This document shows positions 14,381 through 27,300 of a DNA stretch of 64,000 nucleotides, piece by piece (position 1 is the first letter of the stretch; every line of letters begins with the position of its first letter). The stretch comes from Eledone cirrhosa. Taxonomy: Eukaryota. The DNA lies in assembly GCA_964016885.1 (NCBI GenBank), contig OZ024742.1, forward strand, positions 219,294,001-219,358,000. The letters run 5' to 3'. Below the pieces are notes generated by a model that worked only from the letters and a program-made list of their open reading frames with translations, searched no databases and was not told the origin of the DNA. The translations under genes and the position numbers were made by a program.

Positions 14381-15079
14381 ATTTCATTAAATTCTTTGGT
14401 AAATTTTCAGTAGAAAATTAGATAAGAATCTCAAAAAATCATAATAAAGATTATGATCAAAAGTTATGACTATTTCATATACTCAATTTTTGATTTTGAA
14501 ACCATTTGATTAAACTTTTAAGAAAAAATAAGATTTAAATAAATACATCAACTATTTTGACTAATTTAATGCCCAAGAATTTAATAATCTATTGATAGAT
14601 TTGATCAAGTCTAATGATTCAGAAACTAATTAGCAGATTAATGCCCTGCATTGAATACTATTTTTAATAAATTTAAATCCCAGGATTGTCTATTTTTTTA
14701 CCAGAATCAATTAAAATAGTGATTTATTTCCTCATTACAAGTGTAACTTCTTGCTTTACCATACTATGTTGGTGTTGGCTTTAATTTATTCTCATGTTGC
14801 CAACTATAATCTATAAAATATATATTTTTTTTATTGAAATTGGTCTTTTTTAAAAAAAAAAAGGAAAACAAATTATCATTTGTCCAATTATTCTCTCTCA
14901 CATTTTACTTTGTACAAAATAAAAACAATCGAAAAATAATAAAATATTTTTTGGTCCAAAGAGAATTGAACAATAAATTGCTCAAATATTTAAGCATTTT
15001 AAATACATACATTTGTAATGATAACTTCTACATTTGAAACACTGGGTAATAACATGATAAAAACATAAAATGATTGACA

Positions 15080-15815
15080 CATGCAGCCAGGTTGAAAGAG
15101 GTATCAAAACCAGCTGGTGTAGGATCAGTTGGTCAATACTTGCAGAGAATATGGTGCTATTAACTCATTGGATGGTTATATCCAACATGCACTTGATAAG
15201 TTTGCTGGCAAGTGTTGCTCAGCAGTAATTTAAAATCAATGCAGCAAAGACTGAAACATTCATCCTCCCTAAAAAGCCTGCACAGTGCACTCTGAATTAA
15301 GTGCAATAATTGGCGGAGCTGGTGTAGTAATGCATCAGCTTCAGCATTCAGTCATCAGAAGAAGTAAATGTAAAAGCCAAACTCACTATCTTCAATTCAG
15401 TATTCGTGCCAACCTTTACCTTTGGCTATGAATCTTCAGTAATGATCGAAAGAATACAATCACGAATACATGCAGCTGAAATGGGATTCCTCTGGAGAGT
15501 CTTTGGAGTAATGTTACTTGATGGAGTGCAGAGCTTGGAGATGAGATACACTCCAAATAGTGCCGCTACTTCTTCAAATTGAGAGATCACAGCTCCAATA
15601 CTACAGATGTGGTCAGAATATATCAGGAAAGAATCGCTGGACAGTTTATGGGCAATGGCAACTGTCAGGAAATCCAGAGGCAGACCACAAGCGAGATGGC
15701 TGGATAACATAGCTTGGTTAGTCTCATTTGGAGATGGTTGCTTTCGATAGGACACCCTGGATGGCATGCCTGAGGACTACCTCCATGACCCTCTCAGGAA
15801 TAAGTGGGTGAAGGA
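15080..15815 (+). mobile_element. Degenerate RTE LINE 3' fragment
   Basis: FVPTFTFGYES, AAEMGFLWR and RGRPQARWLD motifs; the same 3' end recurs at about 50935-51130. Confidence 0.8.
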
Positions 15816-15886
15816 GAAAAGAAAAAAATATTTGAATAGCAAAATTTAATATTAGACTCTCTAACAACAAATAAAATCAACAAGGG

Positions 15887-15934
<48 letters not shown>

Positions 15935-16084
15935 CAGCACAATTACCTTTTTCAATAACAAAATGTTTTCAAAATGTTCCAGGAATGGATATTTGTAACA
16001 ATTTTGAACAGTTTTAAAATAATTTGCTATATAGCAAGCTATTAAACATGAGTGAATTTCTGCCATCCTTCTTCATTGGATTAG

Positions 16085-16151
16085 TTAAGGACAAGGATTT
16101 CTGTGAGCTTCCAAATAATTCCGTCTTTTCCAGATACCCACAGTGCAGTCA
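16085..16151 (-). CDS. KIF21: Alternative terminal exon B, coding part (N-DCTVGIWKRRNYLEAHRNPCP*)
   Basis: Strong acceptor tttttctttcatcttctag in phase 2; D.TV.IWK fits the canonical WD ending; TAA at 16085-16087. Confidence 0.85.
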
Positions 16152-18235
16152 CTAGAAGATGAAAGAAAAACAAATAAAATCATTCTAGAAAAGACAAATT
16201 CTGAAATGGGCATCATTCAAACTTTAACAATTACTTTATATTTGAATATTAATCAATGTATATCAATATATTCAACATTCAAAATATATTTAAATAATTT
16301 TTAATTAAAAGAACCCTTTTTGTAAAAAATATATTACAAGTGACCTGAACAATGGCTAGCCTCTCACTCGTTAGGAACCATTATTTTTCTAGAATTTCAA
16401 GGTGTCTGCTGATGATTGCAGCTTTAGGCTTAACCATTTGCTGATGTTAATCAATGGTAAATGTTGATTTTTGCGGTGTGAAATGGTACCATATAGGCCT
16501 TGTAAAAACGTAGTGGCTATGTAAGTATAATACCTATTTTGTCTATGCTTTAACCTAATTAGATTATTTAGTTATGCGGTTTCCTATGATATTGGCAGTG
16601 TGCAAAGCTCTGACGTTTTGGCATTTTAACTCTAATCCTCTCAGAACCACATGATCATTATATATATATATCATCATCATCGTTTAATGTCCATTTTCCA
16701 CACTGGCATGGGTTAGATGAGCTGTCCCATTGTGAGACAAGCCTGATTGGACGACCATGTTTTGCTCACACACAACTGATTTTGGCTTAGTTTTGCAATT
16801 CCTTCAATGCCTGTCTCTTGGACTTGTTTCATCCACTACTATTACATCACCAAGTTACTCTACTACTCTCTGGACCCCTGCTCCAAAAGCACATTTGTAG
16901 CCTTCAGTAGATTATCTTTCAGGAACTCCCACTGCTCCTCTATATCATATGCCACTATTTCTTCTTCCTTATTGTCAAAAGCATCAAGTAAGATATCCTT
17001 ACATTTGTTACAGGCTGAAGGCTCCTTTAATTTCCATATCCTTCTCCTCCAAGTTGCCCTCTGTTTCCGAGTTCATCTAGCTCTAATTAGTAAGTCACTA
17101 ACTACCATGAAAAAATAGAGTATGAAATCTATTTGGCTGGTGTGCTCACCTGATCTATAGATGATTAATTTACAGTCAGGTTTTTTGAAGTTAGCATTAC
17201 AGATCATTAGCATCTCAGCATTCCAGGAACCTGGATCCTTCCTCATTTCTAGCACAAAACCCATACTCACTGTGCATCCTGTAGAAGCCATGACTGTGTT
17301 GCCCGACATGTCCATAAACGTCTCCTGCTATCATTTATAGTTTGTTGTCATTCACTAGAGAAGTAGTTTGTATTAGGGATTTGTAAAAGTCGTCTTTCAG
17401 TCCATCTGGTAGTCCTGAATGTGGTGCATATACAGATATAATTGTCACAGTGGCTCTATTTAGGACTATCCTGAGCTTAATGATTCTATCATTTACTCTA
17501 TGTACTGCAATTACATTATCTACCCATTTTTATGCTAACAAAATACCTACCCCGCTTAGCCTATAATTACCCAGAAAAATTTGTAACATTTTTTTTTTAC
17601 CAACAAGGTGTCTAGCTGATCCTCCTCTCCACCTAGTCTCTTGTACAGACCACACATCTATCTTTTACTCTAACATCTCTACAATCTATCCTGATCGTCC
17701 TCTCATTGTGCCTACATTAATGGTTGCAGCTCTGAAGTTTTCAAGTTTGCTGGGAAAGGAGGATGGGAGATTTGGAAAGAGTGGAATCTGTACTCACTCT
17801 CATCTACCTCTCTATTTCTTCATTCCATCTTCTGGTGAAGAACAAACATCTGAAAAGTTAAGACTCTTTTCCTAGGGTTAAACTAATATATATTTTCATT
17901 GTACTAGATCATTTTCCTGTGTTGTTTATCTATCTATTTATTTTTGCATGCAAATATATATATATTATCACCGTTTAACATCCATGTTTCCATGCTAGCA
18001 TGGATTTGACGAGTTGTTCAATTGTGAGATAAGTTCGATCAGATCATATCTTGTGCATACAGAACTGTTTCTGGCTTGGTTTCTATAACTGTATGCCATT
18101 CCTAACACCAACCACATTTACAGCATGGACAGGGTGCTTTTTATCATGGCACCAAAACGATCAACTAACAAGTTGGACTGGGTAATTTTTATCATGTCAC
18201 CAGCATGACCACTTTACAGAATGGACTTTTTTTAC

Positions 18236-18282
<47 letters not shown>

Positions 18283-21200
18283 ACCAAAGATAGAGTGTGT
18301 AGCATTGCAATAGTAATAAAGTAATTAAGTGACTTACTTCTTGATGTGTTACAGAAAGTAGAATACAGATGTTATTGACTCCATATAAATTTAACATTTC
18401 ACTTCAACTGATTCAACCAGCCAAATGGTTTAAATTAAATTTCACAGTCAAATTACATATAAGAAATTCTATATTCATATACACATACATTGTTGGTTGA
18501 CTATCAGTTCCAAAACTAGTTCCAATTGTTTGAAAGATGAAACAGCCTGCTCAAGAAATTATGCAAGTAGCTGAGCATTCCACTCCACAGACAAAAGCAC
18601 ACCAAGTGTAGTTTTCGGAGGTTCAACATAACACAGTAAGAAAGCAAATCTGTTGAATTCTTTCCAACCGAGTGGACTGAAGAAATGTGGAATAAAGCAT
18701 CTTGTTCAAGGACACAACATGGCTGGTAATGAAACATGACCTTACAATCACTGCTTATGTCTCACTACAATGCATTATACATACATACAATGTATATACA
18801 TACATACAAACGTACATACATACATACACATATAGATACAAGTTGACTGCTACTTCTTGTCAGAAGAGTGCCATCCCTTCATTGAATATTGCACAATCAT
18901 GTGCAAGCAGGTGACTTTTCAGACCCGCTTTTGTTTTGTAGGTACATTCACAGATGTGACACTTGAACTGTGTCTCCTGGTAAACCCATTTGGGGTGTGT
19001 CTTCATGCATTTTACCATATCTGGTCAGTCAACCACTGACTTGAAAATTAAGCCACACTCGCTGCGTGGTGGTAAAAACACCATGGTGGTAAAACCATCT
19101 CACAGTTGGCTCGATTTCTCACCAGTTCATGTGATTTGAGATGGTTAACAAAACCAGCTCGTGTTAGAAGAAATCGACCATGTACATTGCACCTCAATTC
19201 TTGCAGGTATTGCACTCGAGTCCCACTTACGAAGTGAACACTTCAAAATACCATGCTCCACTTGCTTTTTCTAAAAAAAACATCACATTTATATTTGATG
19301 ATCTTTCTCGGTGATGTATGGCCTTTAGCCAGTCTCTCCCAGTTCTCTATATCAATCTTCAGAGCTTTAAGATGGTCTTTTATGCCATCCTTAAACTGCT
19401 TCTTTGGTTTCTGATGTGCCCTTTTTCCTATGGTCAGCTCGCCTTAAAATAAATGTTTAGGCAGCCTTCCATCTTCCATTCTGATCACATGACCAGTCCA
19501 GCGCATCTGGTTCATAATAATCCTCCTCTCAATACTGGTGCTACCCACTTTCTCAAATACCGCACCTTCAGGTGTGTAAGAGGACCACTTGATGTTTAGG
19601 ATGTGTTGTAACCCATGCTAGCGTGGAAGATGGACATTAAACGATGATGATGTATATATAATGCTGATGAAATCTTTCCAACTGCCTGTAAGTTGAACAC
19701 GTTTTGCATCCGTATAGCTGGGCTGATACAGAGATACATACATACAGATACACAGATACACACACACACACATATACATATACACATGCACACACACACA
19801 CATGATAATGGTTTCCAATTTAAGCACAAGAGCAACAATTTTAGGGGAGGAGAAAGTCAATTAAATTGACCCCAGTGTGTTAACTCCATAAGAATGAAAA
19901 GCAAAGCTAACCTCGGCAACCCAAAGGGATGTAACTATATGCCGCACAGCATGACCAACGCTTTACCAATGTTGCTAGCTAGGTTTGGTGCTGGAGAGTA
20001 AAAAGGTCTAATGGTGTTCCTGTTAAAGATAGTGTAGTACTTGTGTTGTGTGGAGAAGTGTTTGTTTAATAGTTTAAAGAAGACCTTAGCTATTGGTGTA
20101 GACACTGCCCTGTTGAAGGGGGAGCTGTACCAGCTAATTCATCTGTGTCTATTTCTGTTAAATGGTCTAGGTGTGCTATCTATGTAGGTGATTTTGTCCT
20201 TAAAACCACTGTGGGCTAGGCCTTGTAGTAGGAGCAGAAGCTTTGACAACGTCTTCATTAGCTGAAAGACTCAAAATTCTAAGGGATATGCTTCTAACAA
20301 GATTGTTTGTTATATTTTTGGGGTGGTTGGAGTTAAGGTTAATATATTTAAGGGATTCGTTAGGTTTATGATAGGGGTAGTAGAAGGAAGTGGTTAAATC
20401 TAAAGTAACATCTAGGAAGTTAGCCGTAGTGATGTTTGATTCAATGGTGATCTTTATGCCTAGATTATGGAAGAAGGTAAGTTTTTCCGAAACCCATCGG
20501 TGGTTCTGGAGTTCACTCAGTGCAGAGTGAAGAACATCGTAATGGTATAGTCCTCTGGAAATCCTGGTGAAGAGTTGCTTCAGTTTATGTAGGATGTACA
20601 AGTCCACCAGGTCACTTATTTCTACCGAGTCACTTACCCCCTTCGACATTAGCATGGGAGTATCTGATTTTTTTGTTAATCCAATAAAAACGTTTGTGGT
20701 ATAGGAAGGTTTTATGAGCATGGAGGACGATGTCATACTCTTCAGAGATTTTAGTTAGTGTCCTGGTGTAGGCAAGTGCATCCTATAGCAGGGCTTCAGT
20801 AATAGAGACATAATAATCCTGTATGTCAAGTTGTAGGAAGTGGGTGGTTCTCTTCCCCGGTAAATCCTGGAACAAAGTTATAACCTCAGATGTTTTGCTC
20901 CAGAGGGGGAGTGGTGAGGCTTCTTGGAGAGATGGAATAATCATGTCAAGGATCTTTTTCCTAATTAATCCAATGTCAGATTGTGTAGAATTAATTAGCT
21001 GGACAGTTGGTTTTATCTCTATATGCATTAAGATTCCTCTCAACCTACTTAAAAAATGTTCTTCCTACTTTTTTAACCCCACCTCCTACCTCCCCTCTAA
21101 TCCACTACTCAATACCTGCCCCTAAAAATAACCCCCCCCCCCCCCCTCACCATTACCTCCAATCACTATGAAAGTTATAAATACCAACGGCTTACTATAT

Positions 21201-21307
21201 CAACTAGCATTCCTGATGATTTCATATGAATGAAACAGTTGTCCTGTAGAAGCCATTTCTATATTAAAATTCATTCTCTATAAACACAGACACATCCAAA
21301 CACATGT

Positions 21308-21350
<43 letters not shown>

Positions 21351-24300
21351 TAAACAAGTCCATCCTAAGCTGGTAATAAGCCTAGGTTATATGTGAAATA
21401 TAAGCCCCTATTTCAAACTCATGATTAAATATTTTAGTTATCAGTGCTAAATACATATGTCTGATTATGTAAGGGTTATGAGTATATATATATATTTACA
21501 TAGTGTACACAATGTACTTATAAGTAACCGAACAGAATACCATCCTCACCACAATCATAGGCCCATACCAACTGATCCTCATCACCATTATTATTGTATG
21601 TCCTGTTTCCATACTGACTTGCATTGGAAGGGTTGTAAGATAGTTTGGGACTGGATGGGTTGGAGAACCTCGTCTTACACCTATCCTCCATTTTTTGGCA
21701 TGATTTCTATAGCTGAATGCCATTTTTAATGAAAAGAAAAACAGTTTACTGAGTGCTTTTTATGATGGCACCAGCACTATTTTACTGAGTGTTCTGGGTT
21801 CATTTTATCGTGGCATCAGTACAAGAGAGATTATATCCCCAACAGGACTAAAAGGGGAATTTTTTAACCCTACATGGTTTCTATTAGAATTGCTACTATT
21901 TTATAGTGTACTAGATGGATTTTACGATGGCTCCAGAACTAGTGACACTGCTTTCGGACTTAGAAAGTTAAATGGAACTCACTACTTCAAATTGTTTCCA
22001 TTCAATCAGGGCATGACCCTGTGGGTAGATATGGCTATGAAGGTATTATGGGAGGGACAGAGAATTGGTATGCGTACCAGAATTTTAAGGTTTGTTTCCC
22101 CAGTATTGCATGGGATGGTGAGTCTCCTGTACTGTATGTGAACAATCATCACAATATTTTGTCATCTTTGCAATAAAATTCACACACACTAAATCATTCC
22201 TAATGCAAAAGTTTATTTTAATAGATTTAGATTATATAGTTACTAGCATACTTCTTTAATTTTACATATTAACTCATCTTTTATTTAATTTTTAAATAAA
22301 TGTCTTTAAGATACAAAAAACAAAAACCTGTTAGATGCCAAAGCTAAGTATGTGAAAATAAGTATACTTTGATACAGAATGCATTTCAGCTGATCAATAC
22401 ATTTTCGTGCGCTCTGAACGATCTGGAAACATGTCAAAAATTCTGGTATAGCCAAGCTCAGTTCAAAGACAAAATTATTAGAACTAAAAAGATTATGAAA
22501 CAAGTTACAGCCTCTATCCAACAATCCCATGAAAATCATTATAGATGAAGTGACAAGCAGTTAAGTAGTTCTATGTGATGAGCTTTATCACTGTCATGGT
22601 TGATATAGCTTTTTCATTCCTCAAAGCCAGTTGATCAGGATGCCAAAGGAGTTTATAATAGAAAGTGTCAATAGTTTCACAGTATACTAATCGATGTAAT
22701 TTATGTAATCAATTGTGTGCATTATATAATAAAGTGTGGTGCTGTATGTAATAAAGTGTGGTGCTGTATGTAATAAAGTGTGGTGCTGTATGTAATAAAG
22801 TGTGGTGCTGTATGTAATAAAGTGTGGTGCTGTATGTAATAAAGTGTGGTGCTGTATGTAATAAAGTGTTGTGCAATGTGTAAATGGCATGGTCTAAAAA
22901 GCATAATATCAGTTTTAAGATTAAGTTAATTAGGTGTTAAAGTTGGTTAGGTGTTAATTTGATAAAGCAAGTGATGAGTTGTAAAAATTTAGAAGTTATT
23001 GTTGTCACACAGAAAAGCAAGAGATTGAAGATATCATGCCCAGAACAAAGCATTTAACCACGAGAAGGCTTGGAAAAACTTTCTTATATTTATGTTAATA
23101 ATTAGAAATATAGCCATAAAAATGATTTTCTTTTAATTTAAAGAAATAAGTTTTTGTTCTTTTTCCACTTTAGAAAACAAATTATTAGAAAACCACCTCA
23201 AAACTATATTGATATGTTGGAATCCAGCCACATTTTATAAAATTACTTTAAAATACAGACTGATAATTTAATGGAAATATTATAACCATTACCCCAAATC
23301 TTTATTTTTAGTTTTTAGTTAAGTAAAAGAATATTTTTCCAAGTTCAGAAGCAACTTTTGTTTGCAGTGTGTCTGTTCTATAAGTGACACACACTGCTAA
23401 CTGATAGAAGAAAAGATGTAAGACTGAAAGTGAATGTTAGATCCAGTAATAAATATAGCATGCTAAACTGTAAATAGAAACATACAAAATATAAAAAAAC
23501 TTATGCGACGTCTCGTAGTTTCCAGATATAGCATTTGTTGGATTCAGGATCACTGGAATCAAAATAAGGTTCATGAAGAGGTTAAAGGTTGGGTGGAACA
23601 GATGTAACAAGAACTTCTGAGAGAACTAAGTAGTTGGTATATTATCAACAGTACAGGGAATAGAATACAGACAATTCAAAGATGGTTGACATGCATAATA
23701 TATTTGTATAAACTAATGAGGTGAAAATTTTAAATGTATTCCTAAATATGAAGGTGATTGTGTTTTGTTATTGAGGAAACAAAAGAGATAGTTTTAGATT
23801 TATCTTTGAAATAATACTGGCACAATTTGATAGGTAAAAAGAAAAAGATCTGATTGGCCAAGATCAATAAGGCCAATTAAAAGGTCAGGACTTCAATTTT
23901 AAAAAAAGGTTTCAGAAAATTATAATTTGTAATGTAGTTTTCAAATTGAAATTGTCCCAGTTTACGTACATAATGCTTTAACTATGGAATGTAATTTAAA
24001 AAAACCTAGCCTATTATAGATACAACATATATGTTAAATATATTATTCCTAAGATAATTAATAAATAAATATGAACCTGTTTGATAACCAAACCACCCTT
24101 GATTTTATGATACAAAACTATTTTAAAGTGTTTATATATAAATTTAACTCTTCCATCAAAATTTTATGAACAAATTTTGATATGTTCCAAACACCATTTT
24201 AATTATGTAAAAGTTAGTTATTTTACTAAATTCTAAGTAATGACATATCGTAGGAAAGAGTTTTGTCTTTTATCCTTTCAAGGTTGATAAAAACAAGTAC

Positions 24301-27300
24301 CAGTCTAGTACTGGCAGAATTCTTCCTCTCTTTTTCTCTTCCTCTGGAAGAAACCTACTGTGTTCAAACCTGGAGAGATGGGCTCTGCCAGGGTTTAAAA
24401 TTCCCAAGAAATGCTTTATGTCACTACAGTGCCTCTATGACCACCAGGAGTTACGAGTCTAGAAGAAGAAGGAAAGTGTTAAACTTAAGTGATATAATGT
24501 TATATCTTTTTAGAATCTACAACTTAGTGAAGCCATTGCTATATTTTGTGCACTGGGATTGAAGTCCAAAACATACATTTTTCTCTGCTATGAAAATAAA
24601 GATGTAACATCTTATTTGCTAAATCTTTACCAACATGTCAGCCCCACAACTGATTTATTTTATAGACAGATTATGTCTGATTTTTTCCCTAGTTAAGATT
24701 ATTTACTTCTTCATGTAAACATAATAATAATAGGTAACAACTTTCAAAATAGAAGAGGAGACAAGTGTATAACAAAGACTATAATTTTCAAATATGTTCT
24801 CTTCTAAGACTGCACTTTCAGCACCCCCTATGTCAATTTATACTATCTCAAGACTCATAAACCAGAAAAATAACGTTTGAAACAACATTATGCATTCCAC
24901 TATAAACTAACAATTCTATAGTTTTCAAAATAACCATAGAATTTTTCAAGTGCCATGGCCTAATGGTTAGGATGCTTGCAATACAATTGTAATGTAATCA
25001 GTTCAATTCCTGGACATGTTGCTGTGTTGTGTTCTTGAGCAAAACACTTTATTTCACATTGCTCCAGTTACACTCAGCTAAGAGTGAGTACCAGCAGTAG
25101 CTGGGAAGTTAATCCTGCAATAGACCGACGTCCTATCCAGGGAGAGTCTTGTACTCAGTTGCTTAACGCCAAGAAAACCAGGGATAAACACCGGCCTGAT
25201 ATGCCTTCAGACTAACTTTTAACTAGTAGTGTAAATTGTCACAGTTTGATTTAGTAAAACATAAATAGGTTTAAATGGCTTCAACTGAGTTTTTAAAGGA
25301 AAATTCATCAAAATATATTTGCTAATCTTCAACAAAAATTTTAAAATGTTTAAAATCACATAATTCTTTTATATTTTTATATCTATTTCAACTTCAGAAT
25401 AGATATTTCAGTTATCAATATGTATACATCCCTATCATACTCTCCCAATCGAACCACCAGAAAATCATACTTGCATCTGTTTATACCCACTTTTAACATT
25501 GTTGGTTACTTGAAGTATGTCTATTCTGGAATACTAGAAACTACTTAATAATCAAAGGTTTGAAAAAATATAGACTTTTTTCCTTAAGTAAAATGAATTT
25601 TTTCATTGCTTCCAAAATATTACTTCAATATTAAATATACTATGCAGCTCTATTCAGTATAATAATAAAGTATATACTAATGTACATAATGTAGTGAGAT
25701 AAGAAATCTTAATCAGAATTATACTTATAGTAAGGAGAATCTATAATTCAGCCAACCACTGAATTTAATTTTAAAACTTGTCATAACTACATTTTAGATT
25801 TTCTTTACATATGCTGTGTTGTGCATAATTAATCATGTCACCATCAAATGAAAATTATGCAAATTTGGTTTGTATTTTTTTATAAATAGTAATTTGATAT
25901 AAAGTCTCTTTGTAGAAAGAAGTCTAAGAGTACTTATTTTCTGATGAATAGCCAATAATGCAAAGGCAATTTATATTTTTTGTGCACAAGCAGACTAACA
26001 AAATGTATTTAAATTTGTTTCCATTTTCACAGCAAGGCTTATTTAAAAACTGCAGTTATACCTATATATAACACTGGCCAACAATTTATTGTCTAATTTT
26101 TTTTGGTTTTAGCTGATTTAGGACAATTTTAATGTGCTGAATCCCAAAATCACATTGGCTTTGTTCTATCAAGTCAACCTTTTGCTGTATCACCACGTTT
26201 CTTTTACGCTTTTTGTTTATATGTACAGGTATTTTCTATTTATATGATGAATTTATAATTTATCTTAGATTTTCTAATATATGTTGCTTTATGCATAAAT
26301 ATTTATTATTTGATTAAAATTAATTAAAAATAGATTACAGTGGGACATGAGTCTATTAAAATGTATGTTGGGCAAGATAAGAGTTATGTATATGAGAAAT
26401 GAAACTACTTGCATGAAACCCAAAATGCTATAGAAATATATTAAACATAAGCACAGGTACATCACAGCACAATTTTCATTTGATATTAGGTGACCTAAGT
26501 TAGTAGTGCAAAATACATTCAAATATTGACTATATTTGAACATTTGTAAAGAAAATGTTTTTAGATTCCATTTGGTTAATATTGACTCAAATATTCTGAT
26601 TATCTAAGAGAACGTGATAGAGGTGCACATGAAATGTACTCCTGTTTTCAGTGATAGCCATCACCTAACATGCTAAAACATTCTTTTGAAAATGATAACT
26701 ACAAAGGAAAATATAAAATTTTGAGAAATGATAGATATATATATATAGGAAGTATTAACCAAAAAAGTGTTTATATTTCGAGTAAAACTAGTAACAGTAC
26801 TTACTCATTGCAAAGGTAATAGAATGATTATTATAGTAGTACTCACAGTAATCTCAGAACTACGATATACAAATATATATAACTGTTTCTACTTTAGGCA
26901 CAAGGCTAGCAATTACCCAGTGCATTACTGGTACTTTATTTTATCGACTCCGTAAGGATGAAAATATAACATCATTTAATTTGGTTTCCCTTGCTAGCAA
27001 CAACTGTTACTTCAAGAAGAAATAGGTATTACCAGAAGTCTTAATTAAAAAACAAAAGTTTAAAGATAAACTTTGATAACTGATTTCAGCTCTAAAGATA
27101 GAATGTGTGTCAGAAATAACTTTCAGGATTAGTATATAAAAAAACAAAAAAAAACTAGAGAATATTTTCACTACTACATTGAACAAGTCAGGCAACTATG
27201 TAGAAAATACTTTGTTAGATTATTTGTGAGTAAAAGAGACTAATTGACAGTCTGATTTGAAACATATCAAAGGTAAGTGTATGTTGTTATTGCTAAGGGT

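Noticed and set aside
7990-16084. Very long 3'UTR for terminal exon B
   Set aside because: Many candidate AATAAA hexamers in AT-rich DNA; the transcript end cannot be fixed without RNA data.
22727-22869. CRISPR-like repeat array
   Set aside because: Units are head-to-tail with no spacers, and the context is a eukaryotic intron or UTR.
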